The notes beneath the pieces were generated by a model. That model was given only the letters and a program-made list of their open reading frames with translations. It had not been told where the DNA came from and ran no database searches. From a virus (taxonomy: Duplodnaviria; Caudoviricetes): a stretch of 64,000 bases of DNA. Made by a program: the position numbers and the translations under genes. This document shows, in pieces, positions 32,099 through 41,349 of the stretch. Location: positions 449 to 64,448 of IMG/VR virus record IMGVR_UViG_3300022173_000137. One strand, written 5' to 3'. The stretch's first letter is position 1. Every line of letters begins with the position of its first letter.

Positions 32099-35000
32099 TC
32101 ACGCGGCCCGCAGGAGCGCATCCCAGTCCGGCGAGCTGCCCTTAATCTTCCGCATGTTCAAGTAGTTCAACCCTACTTCCGCGTCACCGGCAAATGGAAC
32201 GATCATCCAGGACGTGTCGTAGTCTGGTCCAAAGAACGCCTTGAAGACGCCCGCGAAGTCGTTGAGCACGGTCATCACGATTTCGTGAACCTTCGGCAGC
32301 TCGGCTTGCACCGCATCGATCATCAGCGAGTCGTGAACGGTGGAGACCAGGAGTGACTCCAGCCCTTCCTGGCGCATGAGGTCTTCGATGACGATGAGGG
32401 CCAGGAGCATCATGTCCGAGGCCGTCGATTGAATCAGGTGGTTGTAACCGGCGCGCAGGCACTTTGAGATGGCCTCCTCGTCTCCGCCGAAGACCTCCTG
32501 GAAGATGCGGACGCGTCCGAAGATGGAGAGCGCCACGCCGTTGTCCAAGATGAACTGCTTGTAACGCTGGATGTGTCGGCGCAGGGACGGGTACGCATCG
32601 AAGAAGGCGTTGATGATGTCTTCGCACTCTTCGAGGGACTTGTAGATGCCGTTGTTCGCGAGCGTGGTCTGAAGGCCGAAGGCACCGCCGCCGTAGCCTG
32701 TGAGGAAGTTGGTGGTCTTGCCGACCTGGCGCTGCTCTTCCAGAGCCTTGGCCTCCACTTCGCGGCCTCTCTTTTGCAGGCTCTCCATGTGATCCTTGGA
32801 GAAGTGCTCGTAGGGCACACCGAAAATGAGGCTCGTGGTCTGCGAATGCAGATCGATGTCATTCAGATAGGCATTTACCATTGACGAGTCTCCGCAGGCC
32901 GCAGCCAGCAGGCGCAGCTCGATCTGCGACAAGTCCGCCGAGTAAATGCAGCCGCGTTTGCCGAAGCGCGAGACGTAGATGGACTTCACCTCGCCTTTAC
33001 GCGGCAACTGCTGGAGGTTCGGGTTGGAGGAGCTGAGACGACCGCCGCGTGTTCCAGTCAGGTTGAAGTTCGCGTGGACGCAGCCGTCTGGCCGCAGATG
33101 CTGGTTAGGCCCGCCGTAAATGAGGCGCTCCGGGCCTTCACCGTCGTTTGTCAGAGTCGCCAGCGGCCTGATGAACGCCGTCCACAGCTTGTAGAGCTTG
33201 CGATATTTCTGGAGCGGGCGGACCTGTGGATGATCCACGGACATGCCGTTGAGCGTGAACTTGTCCACCGCCGCGAAGGTCAGGAGCTGCTCGCGGGTGA
33301 TGTTGTGCTCCTTCCAGTCGGCCTTCGTCTCGCCAAAGAGAATGCGGCCCTTCTTGGTCAGGCGTGTAACGGGCAGGTTGAGGCCAGCGTCCGCGTCGAA
33401 GAGGATCGTCTTTAACTGGGTCTTGTCCTCCAGGTCCAGTTCCCACTTCTGGTCAGTGTTCGCCTGCTCTTCACACCAGGCTCCGATGCGCGGGTCACTG
33501 GCCTTGAACTCATTGATCTGGGCCGTGATCTTGTCGGGGTAGTCCAGGAAGAGGTGCTTGAGCGCCTTCTGGTCCACGTAGAGGCCACGGCCCATCAGCT
33601 TGGTCAGCACGCGGGAGGACGGCACCATGATGCTGCGGTAAACCCAGTCACGGCGCGGAGGATGGAACGTGTGGAACGTGCCCAGGTGTCCGGGGCGTGC
33701 AATTGGGAAGGCATACTCCTTGGCCGTATCGAGCTTCTTCTGAATCGCCGTGCTCGCCTCCCAGACGACCTCCACGTCGCCCATGACGTACGGTTTGAGG
33801 TGCGTGTCCCACACTTTGCGGTCGCACGCGGCGTAATGCCCACCCTTGCCTGCCGCTGGGTCGAGCTTCTCGGAGTCCAGCTCGATGAGCATGACCATTT
33901 CCTCCTCGTATCCCGCCAGACCAGGGGCGTAGTCGTAGGCAATGGCCTCCAAGCCGAGGGAGCCACGCTGCTGCTTGAACGTGTAGGCCATGTGCTGCGT
34001 ATCGGCCCACATGGAGTCGGCGAGCCAGTCGAGGACGGCACCGGGCACGACGCCGCTCGTGTAGAGCATGTCGAAGGAGAGGTTGTGGCCGATGGTCCGG
34101 GACTGGTAGAGCGCGTCGAGCACCATCGGGGAGAGCCGGTTGATGTACCGGCGCACGCCGCTGGTCTTGAAGTCCCAGGGGAACCCGATGGAACGCGGCT
34201 TCCCGTCGTGCATCCAGCGCATCATCATAAAGACGATGGCCGCGTCATCGGACTGCGGGCGCAGGCCGGTGGTTTCCGTGTCGTAGGCCAGGATGCGCTG
34301 CGGCTCCTTCATTATCTCGCGCATCGCCGCCTCGATCTCGTCCGGGTCTTCCGTGATGCGATACCAGGGCCGGATGTAGGTGGGCGCGACGATGCCCTCA
34401 CGGGCAGCCTTCAGCGCGTTGGCCAGTTGCAGCACCCACGCCTTGATGATGTCCGGGTTCTGCGTGCCGTAGATCATGCGCGGCACCTGGAGCGGGATCA
34501 TCGGCATCCGTACACCCACGGGCGGCGCACCAAAGAGCGGATGGCCCACGATGTCCGGCATCGTCTCGACCGGGTGCTTTCGAGGCCACACAAACGCCTG
34601 GTTGGTGAGCCAGTCATCCGGCCAGCCGCGCCAGTTGAGCAGGCGACCGCCCCACTCCTGCGCGTTGCTCTTGTGGGAGAGCGCGCCCAGCGCCGTGGTG
34701 CCAATCGGCATGACGAGCTTGGGCGGGAAACGGCGCAGATCATCGACCAGATGGTTGCGGCACCAGTTGCCCTTGGACTTGTAGTTGGTGACCAGATCGC
34801 CCGCGCAGCGCGTGAGCGGCACCCAGCGGATGTCCTTCAGGGTGATCCCGGTCACCGACTCCAGCTCGCGGATGGTGTTGCGCAGGGTGTTCATCGCGCC
34901 GCCCACCAGCATGTCGTTCATCTGGTCCGCCTTCTGAGTAACGGAGTCAACGATAATGGTTACCAAGGGCGCGTTGCTGCCCCTGGGGCCGAAGAAAGGG

Positions 35001-35293
35001 TTGTCGTTTCCCTCGTGAAGCTGGCATTTCCCGCAGAACGGATTGGCCAGTCCAGGCACCAGCGCCTTGCCCGTGTCGGGATTGGCCGGGTCATAAATGA
35101 CGCGCCGCTCGAACTTGCCAGGTTTTATCTCCACCTTCTGAATCCCATCCCGGTGCGCCACGGCATCGCGGTAATACTTCTGAATGGTCTTCACCTTGGA
35201 CATCGCCATCGGCTTGTCTCCAGGCTGGGCGTCCGGCAGGTAAAACTTAATCGGGGATGGCCTGGATGCGGGCGTCTCGGTCTGCGTTGTCAT
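32099..35293 (-). CDS. polA: DNA polymerase family A with an N-terminal UDG-like Fe-S domain and a 3'-5' exonuclease
   Basis: CGKC...RC..C N-terminal domain; YDTETTGL exo I; LSSSNPNLQQLP, ADLSQIELR (A), R..GKTTNF..GYG (B), NHLIQSTASD, VHDS (C). Confidence 0.95.
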   Translation of the reverse strand: MTTQTETPASRPSPIKFYLPDAQPGDKPMAMSKVKTIQKYYRDAVAHRDGIQKVEIKPGKFERRVIYDPANPDTGKALVPGLANPFCGKCQLHEGNDNPFFGPRGSNAPLVTIIVDSVTQKADQMNDMLVGGAMNTLRNTIRELESVTGITLKDIRWVPLTRCAGDLVTNYKSKGNWCRNHLVDDLRRFPPKLVMPIGTTALGALSHKSNAQEWGGRLLNWRGWPDDWLTNQAFVWPRKHPVETMPDIVGHPLFGAPPVGVRMPMIPLQVPRMIYGTQNPDIIKAWVLQLANALKAAREGIVAPTYIRPWYRITEDPDEIEAAMREIMKEPQRILAYDTETTGLRPQSDDAAIVFMMMRWMHDGKPRSIGFPWDFKTSGVRRYINRLSPMVLDALYQSRTIGHNLSFDMLYTSGVVPGAVLDWLADSMWADTQHMAYTFKQQRGSLGLEAIAYDYAPGLAGYEEEMVMLIELDSEKLDPAAGKGGHYAACDRKVWDTHLKPYVMGDVEVVWEASTAIQKKLDTAKEYAFPIARPGHLGTFHTFHPPRRDWVYRSIMVPSSRVLTKLMGRGLYVDQKALKHLFLDYPDKITAQINEFKASDPRIGAWCEEQANTDQKWELDLEDKTQLKTILFDADAGLNLPVTRLTKKGRILFGETKADWKEHNITREQLLTFAAVDKFTLNGMSVDHPQVRPLQKYRKLYKLWTAFIRPLATLTNDGEGPERLIYGGPNQHLRPDGCVHANFNLTGTRGGRLSSSNPNLQQLPRKGEVKSIYVSRFGKRGCIYSADLSQIELRLLAAACGDSSMVNAYLNDIDLHSQTTSLIFGVPYEHFSKDHMESLQKRGREVEAKALEEQRQVGKTTNFLTGYGGGAFGLQTTLANNGIYKSLEECEDIINAFFDAYPSLRRHIQRYKQFILDNGVALSIFGRVRIFQEVFGGDEEAISKCLRAGYNHLIQSTASDMMLLALIVIEDLMRQEGLESLLVSTVHDSLMIDAVQAELPKVHEIVMTVLNDFAGVFKAFFGPDYDTSWMIVPFAGDAEVGLNYLNMRKIKGSSPDWDALLRAA

Positions 35294-35320
35294 GCTCCTC
35301 AAGAACTGTTCTCAAGAGCG
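35294..35320. promoter_or_regulatory. Back-to-back GTTCT(T/C)-N7-ATG motifs in a 27-bp divergent gap
   Basis: CAT-gctcctc-AAGAAC-t-GTTCTC-aagagcg-ATG. Confidence 0.7.
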
Positions 35321-36427
35321 ATGATTCTGGCCGATCAAAAACCCGTGGCGAAGAAGACGCCCATGCTCTGCTTTGGCATCGACCAAAACCTCAGCACGGT
35401 CACCTGCCGCAACTGCCTCCACAAAATGGAGTGCTTTAATGCGATGGGCAGGCGGGTCCGGCAGCGGTCCTTGGGCGCGGCGGAGTTCGCCTTTGTCCCT
35501 GAACAGTTCAAGGTGCCAAAGGACAAGCCGACCCTGAACTACGCACGGCACATCTATGGCCACTGCTACAGCACGGTGTATGGCCGGTTCCCTGACAGCG
35601 GCGACACAATTGGGTCCAACTTTGAGGCCATCGAAGCGCAGCGCGCCAAGGTCGGATGCTCGCTGAAGATTTACATCATCGCCTGCATGTTGGCGCACCG
35701 GGACAACCAGAAGCGGCTGATCGACTTCGACCAGCGCGACGTGGAGGTGGTGTTCCGCGCCAGCGGCCTGGCCAGCCCGCACCTGCTTAACGATGTGCTG
35801 CTCCTCAAGAAGCTGTGCCTGCGCGAATACGGGACATTTGACGTGGTGTCCGTCACGGCGATGACCGACATCGAGTGCGCGCACGACGACCTGGCACGGC
35901 GGCTCCTTGCCAGCGAGATGCTGGCGGGAGAGTTCATCATCCAGTGGAAACAGACGCACAAGGGCGAGCCTTGGGCCGCGCTGTTCGACGCCCACGAGGC
36001 TGACCTCGACGTGGACTGGCTGGCCATTGAGGAGTGCTACACCAAACGGATCAGGCCCGTGACAACCAAGAAGGTCATGCGCGATGACGGCCAGATCGTG
36101 GAGGTGAAGATTGCAGGCCAAGAATTGAAGGTGCCGGAGAAGATCCGCAAGGTGCGCTACGCGGTGAACCAGCGCACTGGAATCCTGAAGCGGCGCAACA
36201 TGCTGGCCCTTGGTGCATTCACGACCCGCGAGCACGTCATGTCCATCGCCATTCGCCGCGTGCTGTCCAAATGGCACCTGGAGCCGGACGATTTTGAGAT
36301 CAATTACGAGGCCGAGAAGGGCAGGCCGCTGATGATTTGGTATTGGTTAGGCATCGCCATCCAGCACGTCCACATGATTTGGGCACTGGAAGGCAAACCT
36401 TCACAGTTCTCTGACTTCACAATCTGA
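35321..36427 (+). CDS. Uncharacterized protein coupled to the replicative helicase
   Basis: Start MILADQK within track ORF 33554..36427; N-terminal CFG...CRNC...C cluster; TGATG overlap with the helicase gene. Confidence 0.7.
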   Translation: MILADQKPVAKKTPMLCFGIDQNLSTVTCRNCLHKMECFNAMGRRVRQRSLGAAEFAFVPEQFKVPKDKPTLNYARHIYGHCYSTVYGRFPDSGDTIGSNFEAIEAQRAKVGCSLKIYIIACMLAHRDNQKRLIDFDQRDVEVVFRASGLASPHLLNDVLLLKKLCLREYGTFDVVSVTAMTDIECAHDDLARRLLASEMLAGEFIIQWKQTHKGEPWAALFDAHEADLDVDWLAIEECYTKRIRPVTTKKVMRDDGQIVEVKIAGQELKVPEKIRKVRYAVNQRTGILKRRNMLALGAFTTREHVMSIAIRRVLSKWHLEPDDFEINYEAEKGRPLMIWYWLGIAIQHVHMIWALEGKPSQFSDFTI

Positions 36428-37890
36428 TGCAACGCGAGACATACAATTTCAGCGAGGAGTTCAGCAACTCAGTCCTGGCCTGCCTGATCCGTCACCCGGA
36501 CCACTATGTTGAGAAGGGCTATGCCAGCATCATCAAGCCGTCCTACTTCAACTCGATGGACCAGATCGAGACCACCATCGCCATTGAAGACTACTACCAG
36601 AAGTACGGCCATTTCCCGAAGTTTGACAGCCTCGCACAGTTCCTCTTCGACCGCTTCCGCAAGAAGAATCCAGACCGCGCCAACGCCCTGTTCGACTTCG
36701 TTGGCATCCTCTCGGAAATTGACACGCGTGACGTGGAGTTCGTGGTGGAGCAGACCGTCGCCTTCGCGAAGGAGCGGGCCGTCTATGCCGCGCTGAAGGA
36801 AGTGGTGGTCGCCCAACAGGAGGGCAAGGAGGTCAACGTCATCAGCCTTTTCGAGAAGGCATTGAGCGTCGGCACAAGCCAGGACGCGTTCGGGCTGATC
36901 CACCATCTGGATGTCGATGCGGTGGTCGAGCACCTGACCAGCGTGAAGTTTGGCGTCAGGACCGGATGGAAACCGCTCGATGAGGTCTGGCCTATGGGCT
37001 GGGGAGCGGGCTGGCTCATCGCCATTCTCGCGCCGCCCAAGCGGTTCAAGACGGCGACCTGCCTGAACCTCGCGCTGAACATGATCGGGCCGACCATCAA
37101 AGGCGACGTGATCTACTTCGCTGCTGAAATCGACGAGTATCTGGCGATGGGCCGCAACCTCTGCAACATGTCGGGGCTGACCTTTGAAGACATGCGCAAG
37201 GACAAGGAAAACTTCAAGCAGCAGGCTGCGGTTAAAATGCAGATGTTTGCTGGTGGAACCCTCGTCTATCGCGGGTTTCCGTCGAAGTCAGCCACCGTGC
37301 AGGACATGGAGCTGTCGGCGCGCTCCATCGTGGCCCACCTCGGCCTGAAGAACCTTCGGGCCATTATCATTGACCAGGCTGAGACCACAAAGCCTGCGAC
37401 CACCAAGGACACGCCGGAGCACCGCCGTCAGTCTGACATCTACACTGACGCCAGGGCGATGGGACGCCGGATGAAGTGCGCTGTCATCGTGGCCGACCGC
37501 TGCAACAAGGAGACGGTGGACAAGGCCACGCCGAGCATGACGAGCTTCCAGGGCGCGTTTGAAAAGGCGGGCATCGTGGACATCGGCATCGGCCTGTGCG
37601 CGACGGAGAAGGAGCACATGGAGAACAAGCTGCGCATGTTTGTGTTCCTGAACCGGCATGGTGCAGAAGGCCACCATTTCCGCTGTGATGTTCGTCCTGA
37701 AGTCATGCAGGTGGAAGTGGTCGAGCGCATTCCGTGGGAAGCCACGGAAGACACGGACGAGAAGAAGGGCTGGAAACGGAGCAGCGGCTTGAAGAAGGCT
37801 CCGAAATCCGACCGAAACCCCACGAACGAAGTCCTGGAGGACATGCGGTCAAAGACGACCGACAGCGATCCGCGCAGTGCTACAGCCTGA
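36427..37890 (+). CDS. dnaB: Replicative helicase (DnaB / T4 gp41-like)
   Basis: N-terminal helical domain; V.TGWKPLD, Walker A variant LAPPKRFKT, YF..E, IIIDQ, then the NRHG arginine region. Confidence 0.85.
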   Translation: MQRETYNFSEEFSNSVLACLIRHPDHYVEKGYASIIKPSYFNSMDQIETTIAIEDYYQKYGHFPKFDSLAQFLFDRFRKKNPDRANALFDFVGILSEIDTRDVEFVVEQTVAFAKERAVYAALKEVVVAQQEGKEVNVISLFEKALSVGTSQDAFGLIHHLDVDAVVEHLTSVKFGVRTGWKPLDEVWPMGWGAGWLIAILAPPKRFKTATCLNLALNMIGPTIKGDVIYFAAEIDEYLAMGRNLCNMSGLTFEDMRKDKENFKQQAAVKMQMFAGGTLVYRGFPSKSATVQDMELSARSIVAHLGLKNLRAIIIDQAETTKPATTKDTPEHRRQSDIYTDARAMGRRMKCAVIVADRCNKETVDKATPSMTSFQGAFEKAGIVDIGIGLCATEKEHMENKLRMFVFLNRHGAEGHHFRCDVRPEVMQVEVVERIPWEATEDTDEKKGWKRSSGLKKAPKSDRNPTNEVLEDMRSKTTDSDPRSATA

Positions 37891-38680
37891 GCGACGTGAT
37901 TTCCCCGTCGAACTTGGAGAATGCCTTGGCGTAGAAGCCGTAGAAGCGGGTGCCCAGCACGCCGACCAGCTCCGTGGCTGCATCAATGGACCGAGCCACC
38001 TCGCTGATGGTGACGTATTCGACCTTGGTGTGCCACTTCCAGTAGCCCGCCGACAGGTTGAGGATGGAGAAGGTGAACCGCTTGCGCAGGACAGCAGGGT
38101 CGGAGAAAGGGTGCGACTGCCACTGGGTCATGCCGTGTGCGTCGAGCACGGGCTTGGCCAGGGAGATGAACTCGCCACCGTCATCGAAGAGCTTGGTGCC
38201 GCCCATTGTGTAGGAGACGAAGCCGTAGCCGTGCGCGTCGAAGTTGAGCAGGTAGCCAATGTTCCAGAAGAAGTCCTCGTCGGCCCGCGTGGAGCCAATT
38301 CCGCCGCGCTCCTCACCCGCGAAGAAGGCGACCTTGGCCACGTCCGTCCGTTTGAGCAGCTCCAGCACGATGAAGACGCCGGACTTGTCATCACCGCCCA
38401 GGCCCGTCTGCTTGCCCTCGGCGTCCAGCGCGATGAGGTTGCCATCCCGCTCCACAATCTGCACGCCCTCCTCGGCCTGGTGAACGGTGTCGATGTGGGC
38501 AGAGAGGCAGGGATACCACGCGGCCTTGCCTTTGATGGCGAAGACATTGCAGTGGTCATCAATCCAGGCGTGGAGGCCCAGCTCGATGGAGAGGTAATTG
38601 AGCAGGAATGCGGCAAGGCGTTCCTCCCGGCCTGAGTAGCTCGGAATGGCGAGGATCTTCTTCAACAGCTCTAAGTTCAT
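37880..38680 (-). CDS. M20/M28/M42-family zinc peptidase
   Basis: SAHIDTV, GLGGDDKSG, GEERGGIGS, NFD, WHT..E; start MNLELLKK within track ORF 37880..39436. Confidence 0.85.
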   Translation of the reverse strand: MNLELLKKILAIPSYSGREERLAAFLLNYLSIELGLHAWIDDHCNVFAIKGKAAWYPCLSAHIDTVHQAEEGVQIVERDGNLIALDAEGKQTGLGGDDKSGVFIVLELLKRTDVAKVAFFAGEERGGIGSTRADEDFFWNIGYLLNFDAHGYGFVSYTMGGTKLFDDGGEFISLAKPVLDAHGMTQWQSHPFSDPAVLRKRFTFSILNLSAGYWKWHTKVEYVTISEVARSIDAATELVGVLGTRFYGFYAKAFSKFDGEITSLRL

Positions 38681-38710
38681 GCAGGCAATCTTCCACACGA
38701 CACTATGGTC

Positions 38711-38728
38711 GTCAACAGTATTGTTTAA
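38711..38728. promoter_or_regulatory. Operator-like GTCAAC-AGTATT-GTTTAA with a minus-strand TTGACG -35
   Basis: Read directly, in the divergent gap between the peptidase and the glycan cluster. Confidence 0.55.
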
Positions 38729-38789
38729 CTTGGAATGCAGATGGACGGCGGGGCAGGACTGAGATCGAGTGCGGTTCTTGTAGTCATCT

Positions 38790-38921
38790 ATGCCAAAAAA
38801 GGCGAAAAGTCCGGTGCGCAAGAAGCGCAAGGTCAAGCCCAGAGAGGTTGACCGCACTCCATTGGACGCGTTGTGCGAGAAGTGCGGACGGCGATACTGC
38901 GACCACGAATCAAAATACTGA
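38790..38921 (+). CDS. Small basic Zn-finger peptide (43 aa, not in ORF track)
   Basis: MPKKAKSPVRKKRKVKPREVDRTPLDALCEKCGRRYCDHESKY. Confidence 0.45.
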   Translation: MPKKAKSPVRKKRKVKPREVDRTPLDALCEKCGRRYCDHESKY

Positions 38922-38923
38922 CT

Positions 38924-39517
38924 ATGAGCTACTCCCAAAACAACGAAGAGGCGATCATCACGGACTTCTTCAACGGAAAGACAGGCCGCTTCCTCGACAT
39001 CGGCGCATACGACGGCAAGGCGTTCAGCAACACGATGCGCCTGGCCGAACTGGGCTGGGGTGGCGTCTGCGTTGAACCTTCGCCCAACCCGCTCATTGGA
39101 CTGCTCAAGCACCACGCCGAACGTCCTAACATCGACATCGTGAACGTCGCCCTGGGCGAGACGGCGGGCTTCATGGATTTCCATGACAGTGGTGGCGATG
39201 CCATCTCCACGCTGGACATGGCGCACCGGCAAAAGTGGGAGGCAGGCTGGAAGGCCAAGTTCACGAAGTTCAAAATCTTTACGGTCACCGTGCCGATGCT
39301 GCTCGACGAAGTTGGCCCGGACTTCGAGTTCATCAACTTGGACGTGGAGAGCCTGAACATCCAGCTCTTCCGGGCGCTGCCGCTGGAGATCATGTCCAAG
39401 GTGCGGCTCATCTGCGTCGAGCATGACGGCCATCACGCGGAGATGGAGTCGATTGCGGGCCGCTGTGGCTACAAGCAGATCGCGTTCAACGGCGAGAACA
39501 TCATCCTGGGTCGATGA
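38924..39517 (+). CDS. FkbM-family methyltransferase
   Basis: MSYSQNNEE...FLDIGAYDG..FSNT...GVCVEPSP...FINLDVE...ICVE. Confidence 0.9.
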   Translation: MSYSQNNEEAIITDFFNGKTGRFLDIGAYDGKAFSNTMRLAELGWGGVCVEPSPNPLIGLLKHHAERPNIDIVNVALGETAGFMDFHDSGGDAISTLDMAHRQKWEAGWKAKFTKFKIFTVTVPMLLDEVGPDFEFINLDVESLNIQLFRALPLEIMSKVRLICVEHDGHHAEMESIAGRCGYKQIAFNGENIILGR

Positions 39518-40209
39518 AGATCATCAGCTTCAGTGTGTGGGGAAACGACCCGACGTTCCTAGACGGGGCCGTTGCTAACGCTCACCTGACTGATGTGATC
39601 TATCCAGGCTGGGTGTGCCGCATCTACTGCCGGGATGACGTGCCGCATCACTACCGCGAGAAGTTCGAGGCGCTGGACGCACAGGTCGTCGTCATGCAGG
39701 AGACTCGTGGCGCTTGGGAGGGTCTCTTCTGGCGCTTCTTTCCCATCTTCGACCCGCAGGTCACACACACCATCGTGCGCGACTGTGACAGCCGAATCAA
39801 CGTGCGCGAGAAGAAGGCGGTCGCGGAATGGCTGCTCTCGACCAAGGAACTGCACGCCATGCGGGATCACATCGAGCATACCACGGTGCCCATCATGGGC
39901 GGCATGTGGGGCTGCCGTTACTGGCCCGTGATGGAAGACCTCATCCGAACCTGGACGGCCTTCGGCGCGAAGGGTGACGACCAGGCGTTCCTCCAGCAGA
40001 AGGTCTGGCCCCGGATGCGCGAGCAGGCAATGGTTCACGACCAGTGGCCGGAAGGTACGGACGTTGACATCTCGGAGAAAGACCCGCTCTACAAGGTCTT
40101 CAAGTACCGGCCCACGGAGTTCCACGGTGACCACCTGCTTCTGCCATTCCCACCGGACGCCATCATGGACCCGAAGTTCGGCGCACATGTAGGAGACCGG
40201 GTGCTCTGA
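39514..40209 (+). CDS. Glycosyltransferase-like protein (GT-A, DxD-type)
   Basis: KIISFSVWG...WRFFP...IVRDCDSR...IMGGMWG...DQAFL...VWP. Confidence 0.7.
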   Translation: MKIISFSVWGNDPTFLDGAVANAHLTDVIYPGWVCRIYCRDDVPHHYREKFEALDAQVVVMQETRGAWEGLFWRFFPIFDPQVTHTIVRDCDSRINVREKKAVAEWLLSTKELHAMRDHIEHTTVPIMGGMWGCRYWPVMEDLIRTWTAFGAKGDDQAFLQQKVWPRMREQAMVHDQWPEGTDVDISEKDPLYKVFKYRPTEFHGDHLLLPFPPDAIMDPKFGAHVGDRVL

Positions 40210-40784
40210 TGTACACGTTCCGTTTTGATGACATCAGCCGGAACACGGACAAGGACCGCCTCTGGGCAATGGTCGATGTCCTGCGCAGCAAGGTCTCCAG
40301 TTGCTCGATCATCTTCGCCGTCTCCATCGCGGGTCACGAAATGGCTGACGCGCCCGGCCTAGAGGTCGAGCGGGTCTTCCCGTCCATGTTCCACGTAGAG
40401 AGCGACCATCGGGTCTTCTACAAGCCGGACTGGATTGGCCTGCCGGACATCAGCGTGCTCAAGCTGGCGGACAAGATTGCGGCCCACGGAATGATCCACG
40501 TTGACCACCGGCTGCTGAGCCGGAAGACGCAGGAGCTGAGCATCCTGACCTCCTGCTCCGTGCTCAAGACAAGCCTCTTCGTGCCGCCCTTCCACAAGTG
40601 GAATGCCAAGACGGAGCGGATCTGCACCGAGCACGGCATCACCATCATGCGCGCCCACGGCTGGAGGCACCTGAAGTTCCACAACGTCTCGCGCCAACAT
40701 ACGCACTACTATGTCCACACCCACGACCTCGCGCTCGACGCGTTTGCCGCCCGTATCGGAAAAGTTCTACTCAACCCTCATTGA
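40209..40784 (+). CDS. Polysaccharide deacetylase-like (NodB/DUF2334-type) protein
   Basis: FRFDD, IAAHG..H, FVPPFH.WN. Confidence 0.7.
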   Translation: MYTFRFDDISRNTDKDRLWAMVDVLRSKVSSCSIIFAVSIAGHEMADAPGLEVERVFPSMFHVESDHRVFYKPDWIGLPDISVLKLADKIAAHGMIHVDHRLLSRKTQELSILTSCSVLKTSLFVPPFHKWNAKTERICTEHGITIMRAHGWRHLKFHNVSRQHTHYYVHTHDLALDAFAARIGKVLLNPH

Positions 40785-41349
40785 GAAGCACGGCATCGAC
40801 GATGCCACCGACTTCAGTGAGGACGGGCACAAGATCCGGTTTGACGTGATCTACGACCTGCTGCGTCCGCCCTTTGACCGGCTGCTGGACTACGGCTGCA
40901 ACGTGGGTGACTTCTACGACTACGTGGTGGGGCGAGGCTACACTGGACACTATACCGGCGTTGACGCCCACGAGCCTTTCGTTGAGCGTCTCATCAAGAA
41001 GAACAAGGTCAATGAGAATGTCCAAGGACTCTGCGCGAACATCCTGGATGCGACGCTGGTGACCAACGGCCAGTGGTATGACTACGTGGTGGCGTGCGGC
41101 GTCATGTGCCACGCTGACCAGCAGTTTCAGCACGCGGAGATGCTGGAGCGCCTCTGGAGCATTTCAGGCCGTGGCCTCATCGTGAACTTCCTCAGCGAGT
41201 TCAGCCCGGTGAAGGCGCGCAAGTCGATGCTCTGCCGCTACCACCCGTCCTACGCCATCATCTTGGCCGAGCGGTTCAAGTGCCATGACTTCAAACTGAT
41301 TCAGGGCTATCACGCCAAGAACGACTTCACGCTCGCGCTCTACAAGTGA
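40711..41349 (+). CDS. Class I SAM-dependent methyltransferase (start uncertain)
   Basis: LLDYGCNVGD, YTGVD, YDYVVACG, GLIVNFLS. Confidence 0.85.
   Translation: MSTPTTSRSTRLPPVSEKFYSTLIEKHGIDDATDFSEDGHKIRFDVIYDLLRPPFDRLLDYGCNVGDFYDYVVGRGYTGHYTGVDAHEPFVERLIKKNKVNENVQGLCANILDATLVTNGQWYDYVVACGVMCHADQQFQHAEMLERLWSISGRGLIVNFLSEFSPVKARKSMLCRYHPSYAIILAERFKCHDFKLIQGYHAKNDFTLALYK

Noticed and set aside
33554-35320. N-terminal ~590 aa of the 957-aa track ORF
   Set aside because: It is antisense to polA. The real gene starts at ATG 35321, after the GTTCTC motif.
38681-39436. N-terminal extension of the peptidase ORF
   Set aside because: It is antisense to the FkbM gene and spans the promoter/operator gap.
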